Assembly (NCBI GenBank): GCA_023920165.1
Contig: CP089276.1
Location: 2,356,001 to 2,420,000 of the forward strand
DNA length: 64,000 bases
DNA from: Curvularia clavata
Taxonomy: Eukaryota
Reading direction: 5' to 3'
The notes beneath the pieces are model-generated. The model was given only the letters and a program-made list of their open reading frames with translations. It was not told the DNA's origin and ran no database searches. The stretch's first letter is position 1; every line of letters starts with the position of its first letter. A program made the position numbers and the translations under genes. Shown here piece by piece: positions 49,900-62,900 of this stretch.

Positions 49900-50710
49900 A
49901 ATAATATGACTCATGTATTGGTAGCCAGACTATTACACGAAGCCTATATCGCTCTGTAGTCTGGGCTTGGGTATCCATCAAGCGACAGGATGGGAGCTGG
50001 ACTACTCGGTTTGATGAAGAGCTGGCTGGCGCGTCGCACGAAAATGCACCCGAGCTGGTAGCATCTACTGCCATAAATCTCGACAGCTCCTCCGTCAATA
50101 TCTCCTTGGACCTATCATATCCTTTCTTCAGGTTCGCCATCTCCATTTACTGCACAATTTCGATCAACGAGTATCCCTTGGATTGGTATCTTGGCAAAAT
50201 CTACCCAGAGTTCCTGCCGATCAGTTTATAATTGTCCGTCTTCATGTTGGCGGGGTACTCCTCTTTACACAGTGGCTTCTTGGACCTCATTGTTTGGGCG
50301 TTTGAACTCCTTGCAATCGTCCTCATAGACTGCAGATGAGGCTTATACTCTTGTTTGGCGATGTTCCGCGTGTCCTTATCCAACTGCAGCTCATCTGCCA
50401 CAGGTCTCCCGAGGAACGCGACAGTAGACCGTTAGCTAAAACGGGTTTTGATGTAATAGAATAACAAATCCAAGCCATAGCAGCAGCTTGTGATCCTATG
50501 GACTGGAAACTTCTTGCTTCTCGTAACGCAAATGACATGCTGCGGTGATATAGGCTGTGAAGAAGTCCTTCACTGAGTGGAACCAGCGCTTTCCCTGCAA
50601 TTCCGATCACATGGCCTCCATCGCCTCCAAGAAAAATTTCTTAGTCCCCAATATTGAGAAGAAGTTGGACGCCACGAACTTCTGCTCTCCGTTAAACTTG
50701 GCATCATGTT
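49900..50710 (-). pseudogene. Possible degenerate coding relic
   Basis: Protein-like minus-strand frames broken by isolated stops (…KKFFLEAMEAM*SELQGKRWFHSVKDFFTAYITAACHLRYEKQEVSSP*DHKLLLW…; EIVQ*MEMANLKKGYDRSKEILTEEL). No family recognised. Confidence 0.3.
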
Positions 50711-51151
50711 AAGGAGAGAGTTTGGTGTTTTTTTTACTGAAAGGCCAACTAGAATGTTCATAGTAACCTAATTTCAAATAAAGTGTGAGGCAAACGCCCT
50801 TTCATGTAGGACAAATTAGCTTGTCGCTCAAGCCCAGCCATTCTCACTTATTAAATTAAAGACTAATACAGTATAGCAGCGTCTTGGCTCTACAACGGTC
50901 TAATCAGGTATTTGTGACAAATAGATATTCTCCGATATGCCCTGAACTCACAATGATTAGCATTCTTCCTTCTACGATCATGACATCATTCACTAGTTCA
51001 TAACATGTGAACAAACAACCTGCCTAACAAATCTATGAATGACCATTGAGGGAGCAAAGAAACCTAAGATGATAGATGCTTCCGATTCAAGTACACACAC
51101 ATAGGGCCTCCGCTATCTCCACATGCCTATACCAGTCCGCAATATTCCATA

Positions 51152-52486
51152 TTACTCATTCAAACCCTCATAAACCAAACCCTCCACTCCCGCCACAAAC
51201 TCCACCCACGGGGCCTCATTCCACGGATAGTAACTTCCCCAAACCGTCACTACAATACCCTTCTCCCCATCAATCCACATATCGCAGTTAGGCGCACCAT
51301 ACCAATACGCCGTTCCCTTGCTCCTTCCCCTGCGTCCGTCCTTTAGCACTCTTTGTGAGCCTTGAACACCACAGCCAAGACCATAGCTACCGTCTGGATC
51401 TAGATGCTCATCCGATAAATCAACTGTACACAGAATGGGCATGGCATCTGAAACAGGCAGACTACGGGAGTCATTGCGCACATGCTCTGGAAGTTGAGGC
51501 TTTGTGATTTCCTCGACTGAGGACGCGGAAAGCAGGCGATGTCCGGTAACTGGGTCCACGCCTTTATTTTGGGGCAGCAGTGCGGTAACGAGATGAGCGT
51601 AGTCTCTTGCACTAGCTACGAGTCCTGTGCCCAGACAACCAACGTGATGCTGGCCTTCAGGATACGCATCAGGTCTCTTGACGACTTCGGGCTGCTCAGT
51701 GTCCAGCGTGATGAAGCCATCTTCAGTCCTCATCTTCCTAGGCCAAAACTTGCCCGCATTCTCGGGAAGCGATATCGCAGTACCGCCGAACGCTGGTTCA
51801 AAGCCGATTTCCTTGAGTCCGAGGGGATCGAAAATGTTCTCTTGGAAGTAGGTGACCAGTGACTTTTTGGTGATGCGTTCAATAAGTACGGCAATCCAGT
51901 CTAGGCCTTTACCGTAGTTTGTGTGTGTTCCTGGGTGCCAGAGGAGAGGGCTGGCGAGGAGTATGCCATATGGATCGTTGGCTTCGTTGGCCTTCTCCCA
52001 GACTCCCTCGCCGAGGTCGCGAACGTAGTCCAGGAGTAGTTGGTTGAAAAAAGTGTGGCCACCACCGTAGGTATGATTTAGCAGCATTCGGGCTGTGATG
52101 TCACCCTTTCTCTCTTCAAGTTGCCATTGCTTCTTTCCAGTCTGGGGGTCAACAGTGTAGCCGGTCAAGACCTTTTTTGCTGCGAGTTCGGGCAGGAATG
52201 TGGTGATTGTGGCGGGGTTGTCAAGAGTAGCTAGGCCTTGCTCGACAAGTTGCATGTAGGCCACTGCACCGACGATCTTGGTGAGAGACTGAATGATAGC
52301 CATTGATTGAGATGTAGGAGGATCAGAAGGACTGGAGCCATGGGAGAACAGGACGTTGTTCTGTAAATCGACTACATGGACTAGAGCAGCTGGTAAAACA
52401 GTACTACTTGTTGTTGACGCTGTGCTATGGTCGATGTACTGCGTCAAGGCCCTGGCCGTCTCTGGTGTAATAGTCGTGAGTCCCAT
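51152..52486 (-). CDS. Beta-lactamase/penicillin-binding-like serine hydrolase (LovD/EstB-like)
   Basis: SxxK motif (QSLTK), ITARMLLNHTYG, PGTHTNYG, IFDPLGL, MWIDGEKGI; single-exon 444 aa. Confidence 0.87.
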   Translation of the reverse strand: MGLTTITPETARALTQYIDHSTASTTSSTVLPAALVHVVDLQNNVLFSHGSSPSDPPTSQSMAIIQSLTKIVGAVAYMQLVEQGLATLDNPATITTFLPELAAKKVLTGYTVDPQTGKKQWQLEERKGDITARMLLNHTYGGGHTFFNQLLLDYVRDLGEGVWEKANEANDPYGILLASPLLWHPGTHTNYGKGLDWIAVLIERITKKSLVTYFQENIFDPLGLKEIGFEPAFGGTAISLPENAGKFWPRKMRTEDGFITLDTEQPEVVKRPDAYPEGQHHVGCLGTGLVASARDYAHLVTALLPQNKGVDPVTGHRLLSASSVEEITKPQLPEHVRNDSRSLPVSDAMPILCTVDLSDEHLDPDGSYGLGCGVQGSQRVLKDGRRGRSKGTAYWYGAPNCDMWIDGEKGIVVTVWGSYYPWNEAPWVEFVAGVEGLVYEGLNE

Positions 52487-53107
52487 TTTTGGTGGTCAAT
52501 CCGAGTGTCGAATATTGGAAAAACAGATCAACACGCTTCTGTATGTGCCGCTTTATAAAGTCCACATGTGAGAAGTAGTGACTAGACTATTCCCGACATG
52601 ATGGTGCTGTCACGTTAAGCGCAGACGCTTTTCGCTCGCTGAATAAAGTAATTTACTCTAAAGAGTCTGACTAACGCATTGAAGATACGATCCACTCGAG
52701 TCAATCGTTTCACAGAGTCGCGAGCGGGGCGTAGTCGCTTACTTCAGCAGATGCTTGCTGCAAACCTAGACGAATAGGGAAAGTCAACTGAGTAGTGTTG
52801 AATGTCCTGAATAAGCGCATAGGCAGTCAGCAATTAGAGAACACGTATGCAGTTATGGAAAAATTGTAACGTGCCAACGGAACCATGTGTTGTGGTGCAT
52901 CTTTGACCGACGTGTGGGAAGCAGTAACATTCTCAGAGGCAGAGTGACAGTGTTTGATCTATTCTGGGCTAGTCGGTGATCTAAAGTATAGACATTTGAA
53001 CACGGAAGAGAGCAACGTGACAAAGGGTAAAATCCGATGTGCATAACGAACCACAAGCCATTAAGGGAAATTTCAGATTGCCTTTGCCGTCATGATTGTT
53101 ATCACCA

Positions 53108-54045
53108 TCAGTAAAAGTCCTCCCACTTTCCCCATATGACGTCATGCTTATACTTGTTCATAAGCTGACCGGTCGGGTCCTCGCCCTTCACGTGCGCCCA
53201 TGCGCCAGCAAAATGCAGAATAAACTTTCCGGGCTCCCATTGCCCACTGTCGTCTTCGTAGCATTTGATCTCTTCTGGAAATGCGTTCAGCTTGGACTGA
53301 GGCGCATTGATGAATCTACCCGAGTATGGTTCCTCCTCCATGACACGAACCAAGGCGTCCTGCTCGCTGTAGTCGTGACCCTCGTCCGTTTTGCGGAGAT
53401 CAAGTGCGCGGCGGAGGAACTCGAGAGATCGTTCGTGTGCTCGAACTGCGAAAGAGCCCAGGTTCAGGCCGTTGCAATCGTTTGTGAAGATGTAGTCGAT
53501 TTGATCGGCATGCTCGGCATTCTGCAACTCGTCGTGTATTATGTCGTGGACGCTGATATCGGTGTTGGTGATGAGTGTGTCAAAGTCGAGCCACCAAATC
53601 CAGTCGTACTTGTCGGATTTGATCAGCCTCTCGATCATGTTGAATTTCCAGAAGACGGGATTGCCTGTTTCGCTGTGCTGTTCGTAATCGGTAACGAAGT
53701 CATAGCCGTGGCGGCGGGAGTAGTCTGGGCACGCTGCATGTCAGCCGGTCCTTATTAGACGGCGGCTTGCCCTAACTCACGGTCTTTGTTCTTCAGTGAG
53801 AGATGAAGGTATGATCTCTGCTCGGTAACAAACGTTACAAGGGCCAATCGTGGAGGTTTCTGTTCCTCTGCGTGCGGCTTTTGCTCAGGCTCGACAGGGG
53901 CGGGCGCGGGAGGTGGAGGAGAAGGCGGCGGCGGCGGACGTTCTTCATGGCGAGTTCCGTGGTTGAGTTCCCAGCCCAGGAAGGCCAGGAAAGCAAGGAG
54001 GAATATGAGTGACGGCGGCAGTCTTCTTGCTGACCGTACCAACAT
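53108..54045 (-). CDS. Glycosyltransferase family 34 (alpha-galactosyl/mannosyltransferase), type II membrane protein, 2 exons
   Basis: N-terminal TM segment and Pro-rich stem, HGYDF, WWLDFDTLITN (DxD), DCNGLNLGSF, SEQDAL, LHFAG. Confidence 0.87.
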
Positions 54046-54538
54046 GTTTGGAACCGAGTACCAAGCGAAAAGACGCGCTTCGCCGACACAAAGGAACAGT
54101 GCGTTCACTTTGGCATGAAAAGCAGTGGAGATGACACGGTTATGGCAACTGATAGCATGTAGAATGAACGCCACGTACGGGGACGGAGAATTGGGCGCGG
54201 AAAAGGAGACATGGATGGAATTGCGCCAGGGACTCAGCCGTGTAACCCTGTACAGGACTCCCCGGAGCAGGCCATGGGCAAGAACTCTGGTTGGACCAAC
54301 AAGAGTGGCAATGGAAAAAGAAGTCACAGAAGAAGCATTTGACGATATACACAAATAGAAAGCCTCAAGCGAAGAATACGAGATGTCCCGTATAGAGTAG
54401 GTGGGCCTGCTTGTCACCCGCAGCCCCCCGGACGGGCAAGGCCAGACCCGCGCTCGGACGCTAGCTTGCATCCGCCCCTCTCCACCCACAGTCTACCTGT
54501 CCCATCGACATCATTGCGGCTGCTTGCAGCACACCGTC

Positions 54539-55575
54539 ATGGCTGGTTCCCGGGGCACCAAAGGTCTTTTCATCCAAGGCGTCTGGAATTGTGCTGTGGC
54601 CAGTAATCAAGCTAGTCCCGACTGCCTGCTCACATGCAACAGGTGATTGCACTCCGCGACTGCCCGCAGTCCATTTGCAAACCTCGAAGCCAGGCCCGAA
54701 CCATGGAAGATGGTGTACGATATGTTCCCTTTCTCTGTGTTTCTTGCACATCGTCTATATTAAGCCATTTACCAGTCCGCACTTGCAATAAGCCCCCAGG
54801 AAAGCAATGCAAGTTCTTCTTATGGGACGATGATGCTCCTGCAAGAGAGAACAGCGCTGTCGCCAGTATGGCGACTCCTCCTACATCGAGCCGCAAACGA
54901 ACCCATTCTATCAGTAGCGGTTTAGACAAGTACCATTCTGTGAAAGTCAAAGAAGAGTACGACCCAGACGAGGTCTTTACTCAGACAGAGATGCCAAGTA
55001 AAGCTGCCAAGGTAGCCAACTTCAGCACGCCCGTGACCAACAGACGCACTCTTCTTTGGGAAGCGGAACAGAGTAGCAGTGCGCCCATTCAAGAACCTCA
55101 TACGCCTCAGACAGAGCCAAGGACCCAAGGAGATTTTATCAACTCAAGAGCTTCCATGACTGGAGCCAGTCCTTATCCCTCCTCTGCAGCCAGTCAAGAC
55201 AATGCCCATCACATTGGCACGCCTTATTCAACGCCCCGTACTTCGATCAACAGGACGCCAAATCTTAGCCAAGACGAAGGCGTAGAAGAGCAAGGCCTCG
55301 TCAATGATGCATTTGATCTATTGCAAAAATTCAGTATCCGTTTACCTAATCAAACCCAAGAGGAGCTCAAAGCCTTACTGACAAAACACGTGAAGCGTAC
55401 TGAGGGATATAAAAGAGGACGAGAGGTAACCCGCCTTACGGTCAAGGCAAAAGATGCAAAGATTACCGAGCTCACCTACCGAGTCAGCACTCTTGAAGCT
55501 GAACTGGAGGCGGAGAAAGCCATGGTCAAGCATCTACAATGGGAGGCTCAAAACCAAACTTCAAGCTTTGACTAG
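54539..55575 (+). CDS. GRF-type zinc-finger protein with C-terminal coiled coil, 3 exons
   Basis: Spliced WNCDCTPRLPA...KPGPNHGRWFRTCNKPPGKQCKFFLW matches the zf-GRF pattern. Confidence 0.8.
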
Positions 55576-56527
55576 GTTGCTCCCACCACATCGTTCAGGA
55601 ACAAACCAAACGGGGCACCGACATTTTCTGTTCTATCCAGCACTCGTTACGTAGCGCGCAGGCTGTTTCTGTGGACCCGATACAATGCCTACCTATGAAA
55701 GCTGTGAATTGCGCAGAATGGATATTTGTCTGATATGCGCGGCCACCGGCAAAGGATGCCAGCAAATCGACAGTCTTCACATGCACACCACAAGCCCTAG
55801 GCACATAATGGAGTCTCATCGTCGCCGGGATCGAATTTGATTGATACCGGTTTCTTGATGACAGGCCAAACAGCCCAGCGAAAGACCAGGGCAATACGAA
55901 TGTACTAATGGTGGCGGAATTTAGCTGTGCCTAGCATTGGCATTCCGGAAGACGGCAAGAGAGGGCTACCATGATTTGTCGGAAATGTCTCAATCACCCT
56001 CTCTGACGTACGCCGGGACCATAGCCGACAAGCGGTGATCCACTTTTCCCAGCGGAAGCTTGGCGTCCAACGGTGGCCGCCACAGAAGGGTATTCCTACC
56101 ACAGCAATTGCGTGGTGGGTGTTGTGAGATGGGTCCTTCCTGCAAGAAGAAGTTGTTTCTGTGGAGGATACCGTTGGTGGTGCCGTGGCCCATGCCTGTA
56201 TGGTCCAATGGGCCACTCACCGGTTTGAAGCTACCTCTAGGATGCTTGGCAACTCACACCATCAACACGAACTGAACGATCAACTGGATGTGGGTATGCG
56301 CTTTGCTACATCTTCTTGGCGGGGTCCTAGTGCGGTCCATGCCCTGTGCAAGGTACAAAACCAACCTACTCCTCCACAGTAAGCCTCTGGATTTTCTACC
56401 CATCTGGAGTTTTCGAGAAGTAGAACCAGGCGAATTGGTACAATCGGTTTTTGGTAGTACAGCAATCTTCTGGAGGTTAACCTCTTCTCATCTCTTGTCA
56501 CTGCTTGACAAAAAAAAATCCTCTGGA

Positions 56528-58767
56528 ATGGCTATGCGAACCCTGCGGAAACTTGGCGATTACATCGCACCTCCTGCGGCAAAAGGTGAAGATGGTCGTG
56601 ACGAATGGCCCTCACGAGCAGCCTTTCTACTCGCTGCTATGGGCGGTTGCGCCGGACAAGGAAACTTGCTCAGGTATCCAAGCGTTCTTTACAACAACTA
56701 CGGGCTCCAATGGTTCATCCCATATTTATTGGCCGTATTCCTCATCGCCATTCCCGCACTGATTCTCGAGGTTGCAATTGGGCAAGCATATCGCGGCGGA
56801 ACCGTCATTGCATGTAAGACTTTTTTCATGAGAGGGTTGCACAAGATGTAGAATAATGCTTATCAACTACAGTTAACAATGTGCATCGTCGGTTGAAGGG
56901 TGTTGGCATGGGCCCTGTCATCGTTTCATTTCTCGTCGTACAGTACTTCACTGTGAACCTAGCATGGATTATGCAGTATTTTCGCTGGAGCTTCACCAGC
57001 CCCCTACCATGGGAAAATCGAATTGAAGAATTCTACTATCAAGATGTACTTCAACGTGGAGAGATCAACGAAGGAAGCCTCAGCGCGGATGGAAACTCAG
57101 TGGCTCGATTTACGGGTTATCCCAACGGAGCACTTCTCGGCGAGACTGTTGGGTGGAGTGTCTTTGTTTGGTTCCTGATCTGGATCTCCATCTTCCGTGG
57201 TGTTGGTATGACAGGGCGAGTCGTTTACTTCACCATGGGATTACCGATCGTTACAACCATTATTTTCGTTGGCAGAGCGTTGTCACTCGAAAATGCAAGA
57301 GAAGGAGTCGACCTCGTATGGAGAACGTGGAGAAGTGACCAGCTTGCTTCGGGCACTGTCTGGCAGACTGCCGTTGGCCAAGTCTTCTTTTCGACCGGCA
57401 TTGGCTTTGGGTATTTCACCTCGTACGCCAGCTATAACACCAAATACTCCAACGCTGTTATGGATGCATGTCTAATTTGCGGTAGCAATGTTCTTTTTGA
57501 GAATTTTGCCGCATTTGCCGTCTTTGGTGTTGTTGGCTTCCTCGGCAGATGGCCACAGGACGGTGAGCGACTTGGCGCTTTCGTCGTGGGATTCTTAACA
57601 TTGCCAGAAGCTGTGCTACAGATGCCGGGTGCCAACTTCTGGGCCGTGCTGCTGTTCTTCACCCTGGTGGTTCTTGGGTTCAGTTCAGCCTTTGTCATGC
57701 TTGACGTTGTGGTTACACTCATATGTGACTCTGGTATGGTCAAAGCGTCACGGCCTGTTGTCGTTACTACACTTACCGTTATCTGTTTTCTCATGTGAGT
57801 AGGATGGCGTCTCTTCTGTTCAGAGAGAAAGCCTACGTCCCTCACCTGTCACTTCTTCCAAGCACTTACTGACCTTGCTTGTCAACGTTTAGGTGCTTGC
57901 CTTACTGCACAGAGTTTGGCTACTATATGCTCGACGGAATTGATCGATGGGTCAATAACGTCGCCCTAATCTTTGTCGTATGGAGTGAAGTCTCCAGTGC
58001 TACGACTGTTTATCGCTGGAAAGATATTGTTGATCAGACTGGATTTCCTGCTTTCGTGATCTATAATACAGGCTTCTTTGGTGCACAGGTACTAGGTATC
58101 AGCCTCGCACATGGAATCAGCAATCCAGGAGCGGGCGCAGGCGCTGGGATCGGTTTCTACTTCCTCATGGCTCTCGTGGCTGTGATAATTGCACGAACAC
58201 CCGACATACACGCGCCTTCTTTTTGGAATCGCACAGCTTTTACTAGGAAGTTCTGGTACCTCGCATTCTATTCAGTAAGTTTAGTTCGTACCTCCAATGT
58301 CAGTTCGAGAAGTCTGACTTGAACATTAGGGCAACCAATTACGCCGTGATCTAAATGTCATTGTTGGCCGGGGAAAGAATTGGAAAATTCCTGCCTTCAT
58401 GCCTTTCCTGCTACGTTACCTCAGCGGCCCCGTCCTTGCTATCATCTTGTCCTTCGCCTTCCCAGAGTTTCACCAGCTGCGCTACGACCCCATGATGATT
58501 GCTGGGTTTATCTTATCCATCCTGACCATCCTCGTCATCCTGCTTGGCTTAGTGATGCCTCGATACTATGATGCATTCATTCCCGTACATCGGCGATCCG
58601 AAGGCACAGAACCAACAGTACCAATGCAAACCAAGGGCGAGTTGGCTGGCAAGCCTATCACAGAAACTGTCGCTGCCGAGCATGGTGGCTCCGGTGTCAT
58701 GCGAGACTCATTCTCAGGACAAGGGTTGGGAGATGAGAAGCACATCAAGACGACGAGAGTGAAATGA
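56528..58767 (+). CDS. Neurotransmitter:sodium symporter (NSS/SLC6) family transporter, 4 exons
   Basis: RDEWPSR, GCAGQGNLLRYP, LEVAIGQ, PLPW, GRVVYFT, WQTAVGQVFFS, YASYN and about 12 hydrophobic segments. Confidence 0.9.
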
Positions 58768-59905
58768 GGCACTAAGGAATCCCGAATTCAAAGGTTTAAT
58801 TACGTTACGATGCGGGCTATTTCAGTAGCATGGCTGGTGGGATAGGAGCCTGGGGTCGTTTACCGGTATCACTCTTCTCGGTAACCTGTTCTGCTACGGC
58901 TTCATTTTATCAAGACCAGTTTCTTTCTAAATCCAGCTGGAGCTCAGAACTCAGTTCATAAGAGGTCGGCCACAATCTAGCTGTCTGGATGTAACATGAC
59001 GTATAGGAATTTGCCGTCTTTGGCATTTTTACTGCCCAAACTCAAATTCGTACAAGCCAAGACCAGTCTAAGGCTTTTTATTCTGTGCATATTCGTAGTA
59101 CGGTTCAGTTGTCTTAGAACATAGCTGCATGTTCGTACTGCTGACAAACCTGAACAGGGGTTGAAATTGTGGTGTCTTACATACAGCGAAGAAAGACGAT
59201 TCCTTTGACATGGGTTTCCCAGTTTACAATCACTATATGGATTGTTCCCGTATGACGGGCCGCATAGGAATGCCGTTATTTCCAGATTGCCATTGATATA
59301 TATAGATGAGATGGTAGATCACGAGTGTACTATACCCGACGTAGGCAAATCCAGGGTGGGCCGGAGGCTTAATCCTGGTTCTAGGCATCGCTTGACGGCA
59401 AAGTTAGTGGACCCGCGTTGGAAACATCTTGAAAAATATCTGACTGGCTACCTCGCCTCTGCTCATCGCGCGTGCAACCACAGGCTTTCGAGGCTTGACC
59501 GATAAGTGGAGCGCGTTGTTTGTGCTGAAATCCACTAAGTCTGGTTTGGAACTAGCGTGACTGCGCGACTTGTGCGGACGCCACTTTCCTGCCCTCAGTA
59601 GACGTAATGCAAAAAATAGTAGGTATCAATGACACATTCGCAGAATCCACGCGAAATTTAATCAGTAGTCTATATGAACAGAGCTCAAGTGTCTGCACGG
59701 TTTGTTCTTAGGCATTCCTTCCATTACCTTTACCTTGTCGTGTATTTAATTGCTTAGATTGCCAAACAACAGCCGTTGGCCACTACCCGAAATCAAGTTT
59801 CCAGTGCTTGCATTTGTCACACGCGCACCAGCTCTTCACCTAAGCACGCAATCAATCAGTCAGGCATCCAAGAAATAGCTGACCTGATTGTAACGCACAA
59901 CCGAC

Positions 59906-62900
59906 ATGCCCCCCACACTCGATTCAGTCACCATGTCCCGTCCGGCATCGCTACCCAGATTACGCGACCCACAGGCTGATATCATGTCCACGGCATGCTT
60001 CATCTCCAATCTACATTGTCCATCATGTGTCGACGGCATCAAGACGTCTCTCAGTGCGCTCGAGCCTCCGCCACAAGATGTATTTGTATCCATCGTTTCT
60101 CACTCAGTGGTCATACGCCACGCCACATCACTTAGTCTTGACGACATCACCGGCTCCCTTGAAGCCGCCGGATTCGAAGTCCACAGTGTATTTCAGAATA
60201 ACAAAGCAGTCAGATATCCGATCGGCGTCAGAGATTCGAACACAGAGGGAAAGTCTAATGAGTGGTATACAAGTCTGGAGCGTGCTGTGAGTTACTGGTT
60301 GCATCCCCGACGGCCTGACGGATCGAGCGACGAGATGAAGAAGCAAGAAGCCCATCTGGCTCAATGCGAGCAATGCAAGAAAGAACAGGGCGGGGTGAGA
60401 CTGGACAGTGCAGACGGACTGCCAGCCAAACCTCATCCAGTCATCACAACCTCACCTAAAGCGAGCATTGATGACTCTGTATCACCTGAGCCCAGATCGC
60501 CACTTTCCGAGAAGTTTGTCGCTATCGAAACCCCAAATACTACCAAGACCTACAAGGCGACACTCGCCCTCACTGGTATGACCTGTAGCTCTTGTGTGTC
60601 CGCCATCACCCACGCCGTTCAGGAGCATCCATGGGTCCAATCAGTTAATGTGAACCTCCTCACTAACAGCGGAGTGGTTGTATTCAGTGGAAAGGACAGG
60701 TGTAATGAGCTTGTCGAAACGATTGAAGATTGTGGGTTTGATGTTGCAATAGAGAAGTTGGAAGAAGTTCACAATCCGGAATCAGCAACATCTCCGTCAA
60801 AACAGAAGACAGAGAAATGGCACGCGACATACTCGATTGGAGGTCTCACATGTTCCTCATGTGTTGGAAATGTGACTAGGGCACTTGAACAAAATACGTG
60901 GATCGAGACAATCGATGTCAACCTCATATCAAACAGTGCAACAATTGTCTTTGTGGGTAAAGAGCATCTTCCAGATATCAAGGACACGATTGAGGACGTC
61001 GGATACACGGCTAGTCTTGAAAAAGTCGTCCCAGAAGGCACCATAGCGACTAAAGCTTTTGAAAGAACTGTCGCGATTCGAGTCGATGGCATGTTTTGTG
61101 CTCACTGTCCTCAGAATATTATACGGGGACTCCAAGACACATTTGCCGACAAGGACGATTTCGCAGTCGAAGACCCACCTATATCCCTTGCACAACCCGT
61201 CCTACACATTAGATACGTACCCGACCCACCCAACTTTACGATTCGACATGTGTTCTCCACCATTTCCGGCCTGAACCCAGTCTTCAAACCTTCGGTTTTT
61301 CATCCCCCAACAATCGAGGAGCGCGCACGGCAGATGCACGCACAGGAACGAATGCGAATTCTTTTCCGGCTTACGCTATGTGTCCTTATCGCTATACCTA
61401 CGTTTATACTCGGAATCGTCTTTATGAGTCTGGTCAGCTCCCACAATCCTGTTCGCAAGTATCTCATGGGGAAATTGTGGGCAGGCAACGTCACACGGCT
61501 GAGCTGGGCACTGTTCATCCTCGCAACACCCGTATATTTCTTTGCTGCCGACACCTTTCACCGCCGAGCTATCAAAGAGATCAAATCCATGTGGCGACCG
61601 GGAAGTCGAACCCCGTACTTGCACCGCTTCACGCGGTTCGGAAGCATGAACATGCTCATTTCACTTGGTACTACAATCGCCTATCTTGCATCAATCGCCG
61701 AGCTCGTCCTAGCGGCTACCAAGACGTCTGTTGGATCAATGCATGATTCATACTTCGACGCAGTTGTCTTTCTGACAATGTTTTTGCTTATCGGTCGCTT
61801 CCTAGAAGCATACAGCAAAGCAAAGACTGGAGATGCTGTCACATCGCTTGGGAAGCTCCGCCCGAATGAGGCTGTCCTTGTCGATTCAGGAAAGGGCGAC
61901 GTCAAGATTGCTACTGATCTCCTTGAGATTGGAGATGTTGTTCGCGTCAATCATGGCACTTCCCCACCCTTTGACGGCGAAATCATTGGCGGGAGCTCCA
62001 ACTTTGATGAGTCTAGTCTAACTGGAGAATCACGTCCGGTCAAGAAATTTGAAGGCGACACAGTCTACTCTGGCACGATGAACAAGGGCGCCCCTGTCAA
62101 GATTAGAATCACGACCATCTCTGGGACGTCGATGCTGGATCAGATCATCAATGCCGTGCGGGAAGGCCAATCGCGTCGTGCCCCTGTCGAACGAGCTGCC
62201 GATGTCATCACCTCCCACTTCGTACCATTTGTCATCGCCGTTGCAATCACCACTTGGCTGGTCTGGCTCATTCTCGGTACAACTGGCGGTATTCCAAGCG
62301 ACTGGAAGAGTGATGCTGCTGGGAGCTGGGAACTTTGGTCCCTTCGCTTTGCTATTGCCGTCTTCGTCATCGCTTGTCCATGCGGTATTGGCCTCGCAGC
62401 GCCAACTGCACTTTTTGTTGGAGGGGGTTTGGCAGCGAAGTACGGCATACTCGTTCGAGGCGGAGGCGAGGCATTCCAAGAGGCAAGCTCCCTGGACTGC
62501 ATAGTTTTCGACAAGACCGGTACTCTTACTCAAGGCGGTGATCCAGCAGTGACGAACCACAAGTTCTTTGGAGATCAAAATAGCTCCCTTGTAGCAGGCA
62601 TCGTAAAGGCTCTGGAGGAGAACAGTAATCATCCCATTGCACGTGCGCTGGTCTCATTCTGCAACAAGGAAAAACACATTACTCTGACTGTGGTCAACAT
62701 CGATGAAGTACCTGGCAAGGGCCTGAAAGGTACCCTTCGATTTGAAGGACAGGAAATCATAGCCATTGTGGGCAACGAAAGTTTTATGGCAGACTACCGC
62801 GTTCCTATGCTGGCTGAAGATGCCACACTGCTACAAAAGTGGAAGTCTCAGGGAGATTCTATTGCTCTCGTCGCACTATTCATGCCACAGCGAACTCACG

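Noticed and set aside
59519..59528. Ace1/AceA-like copper element TTTGTGCTGA upstream of the Cu-ATPase
   Set aside because: A single match to a degenerate consensus is expected by chance in about 1-2 kb.
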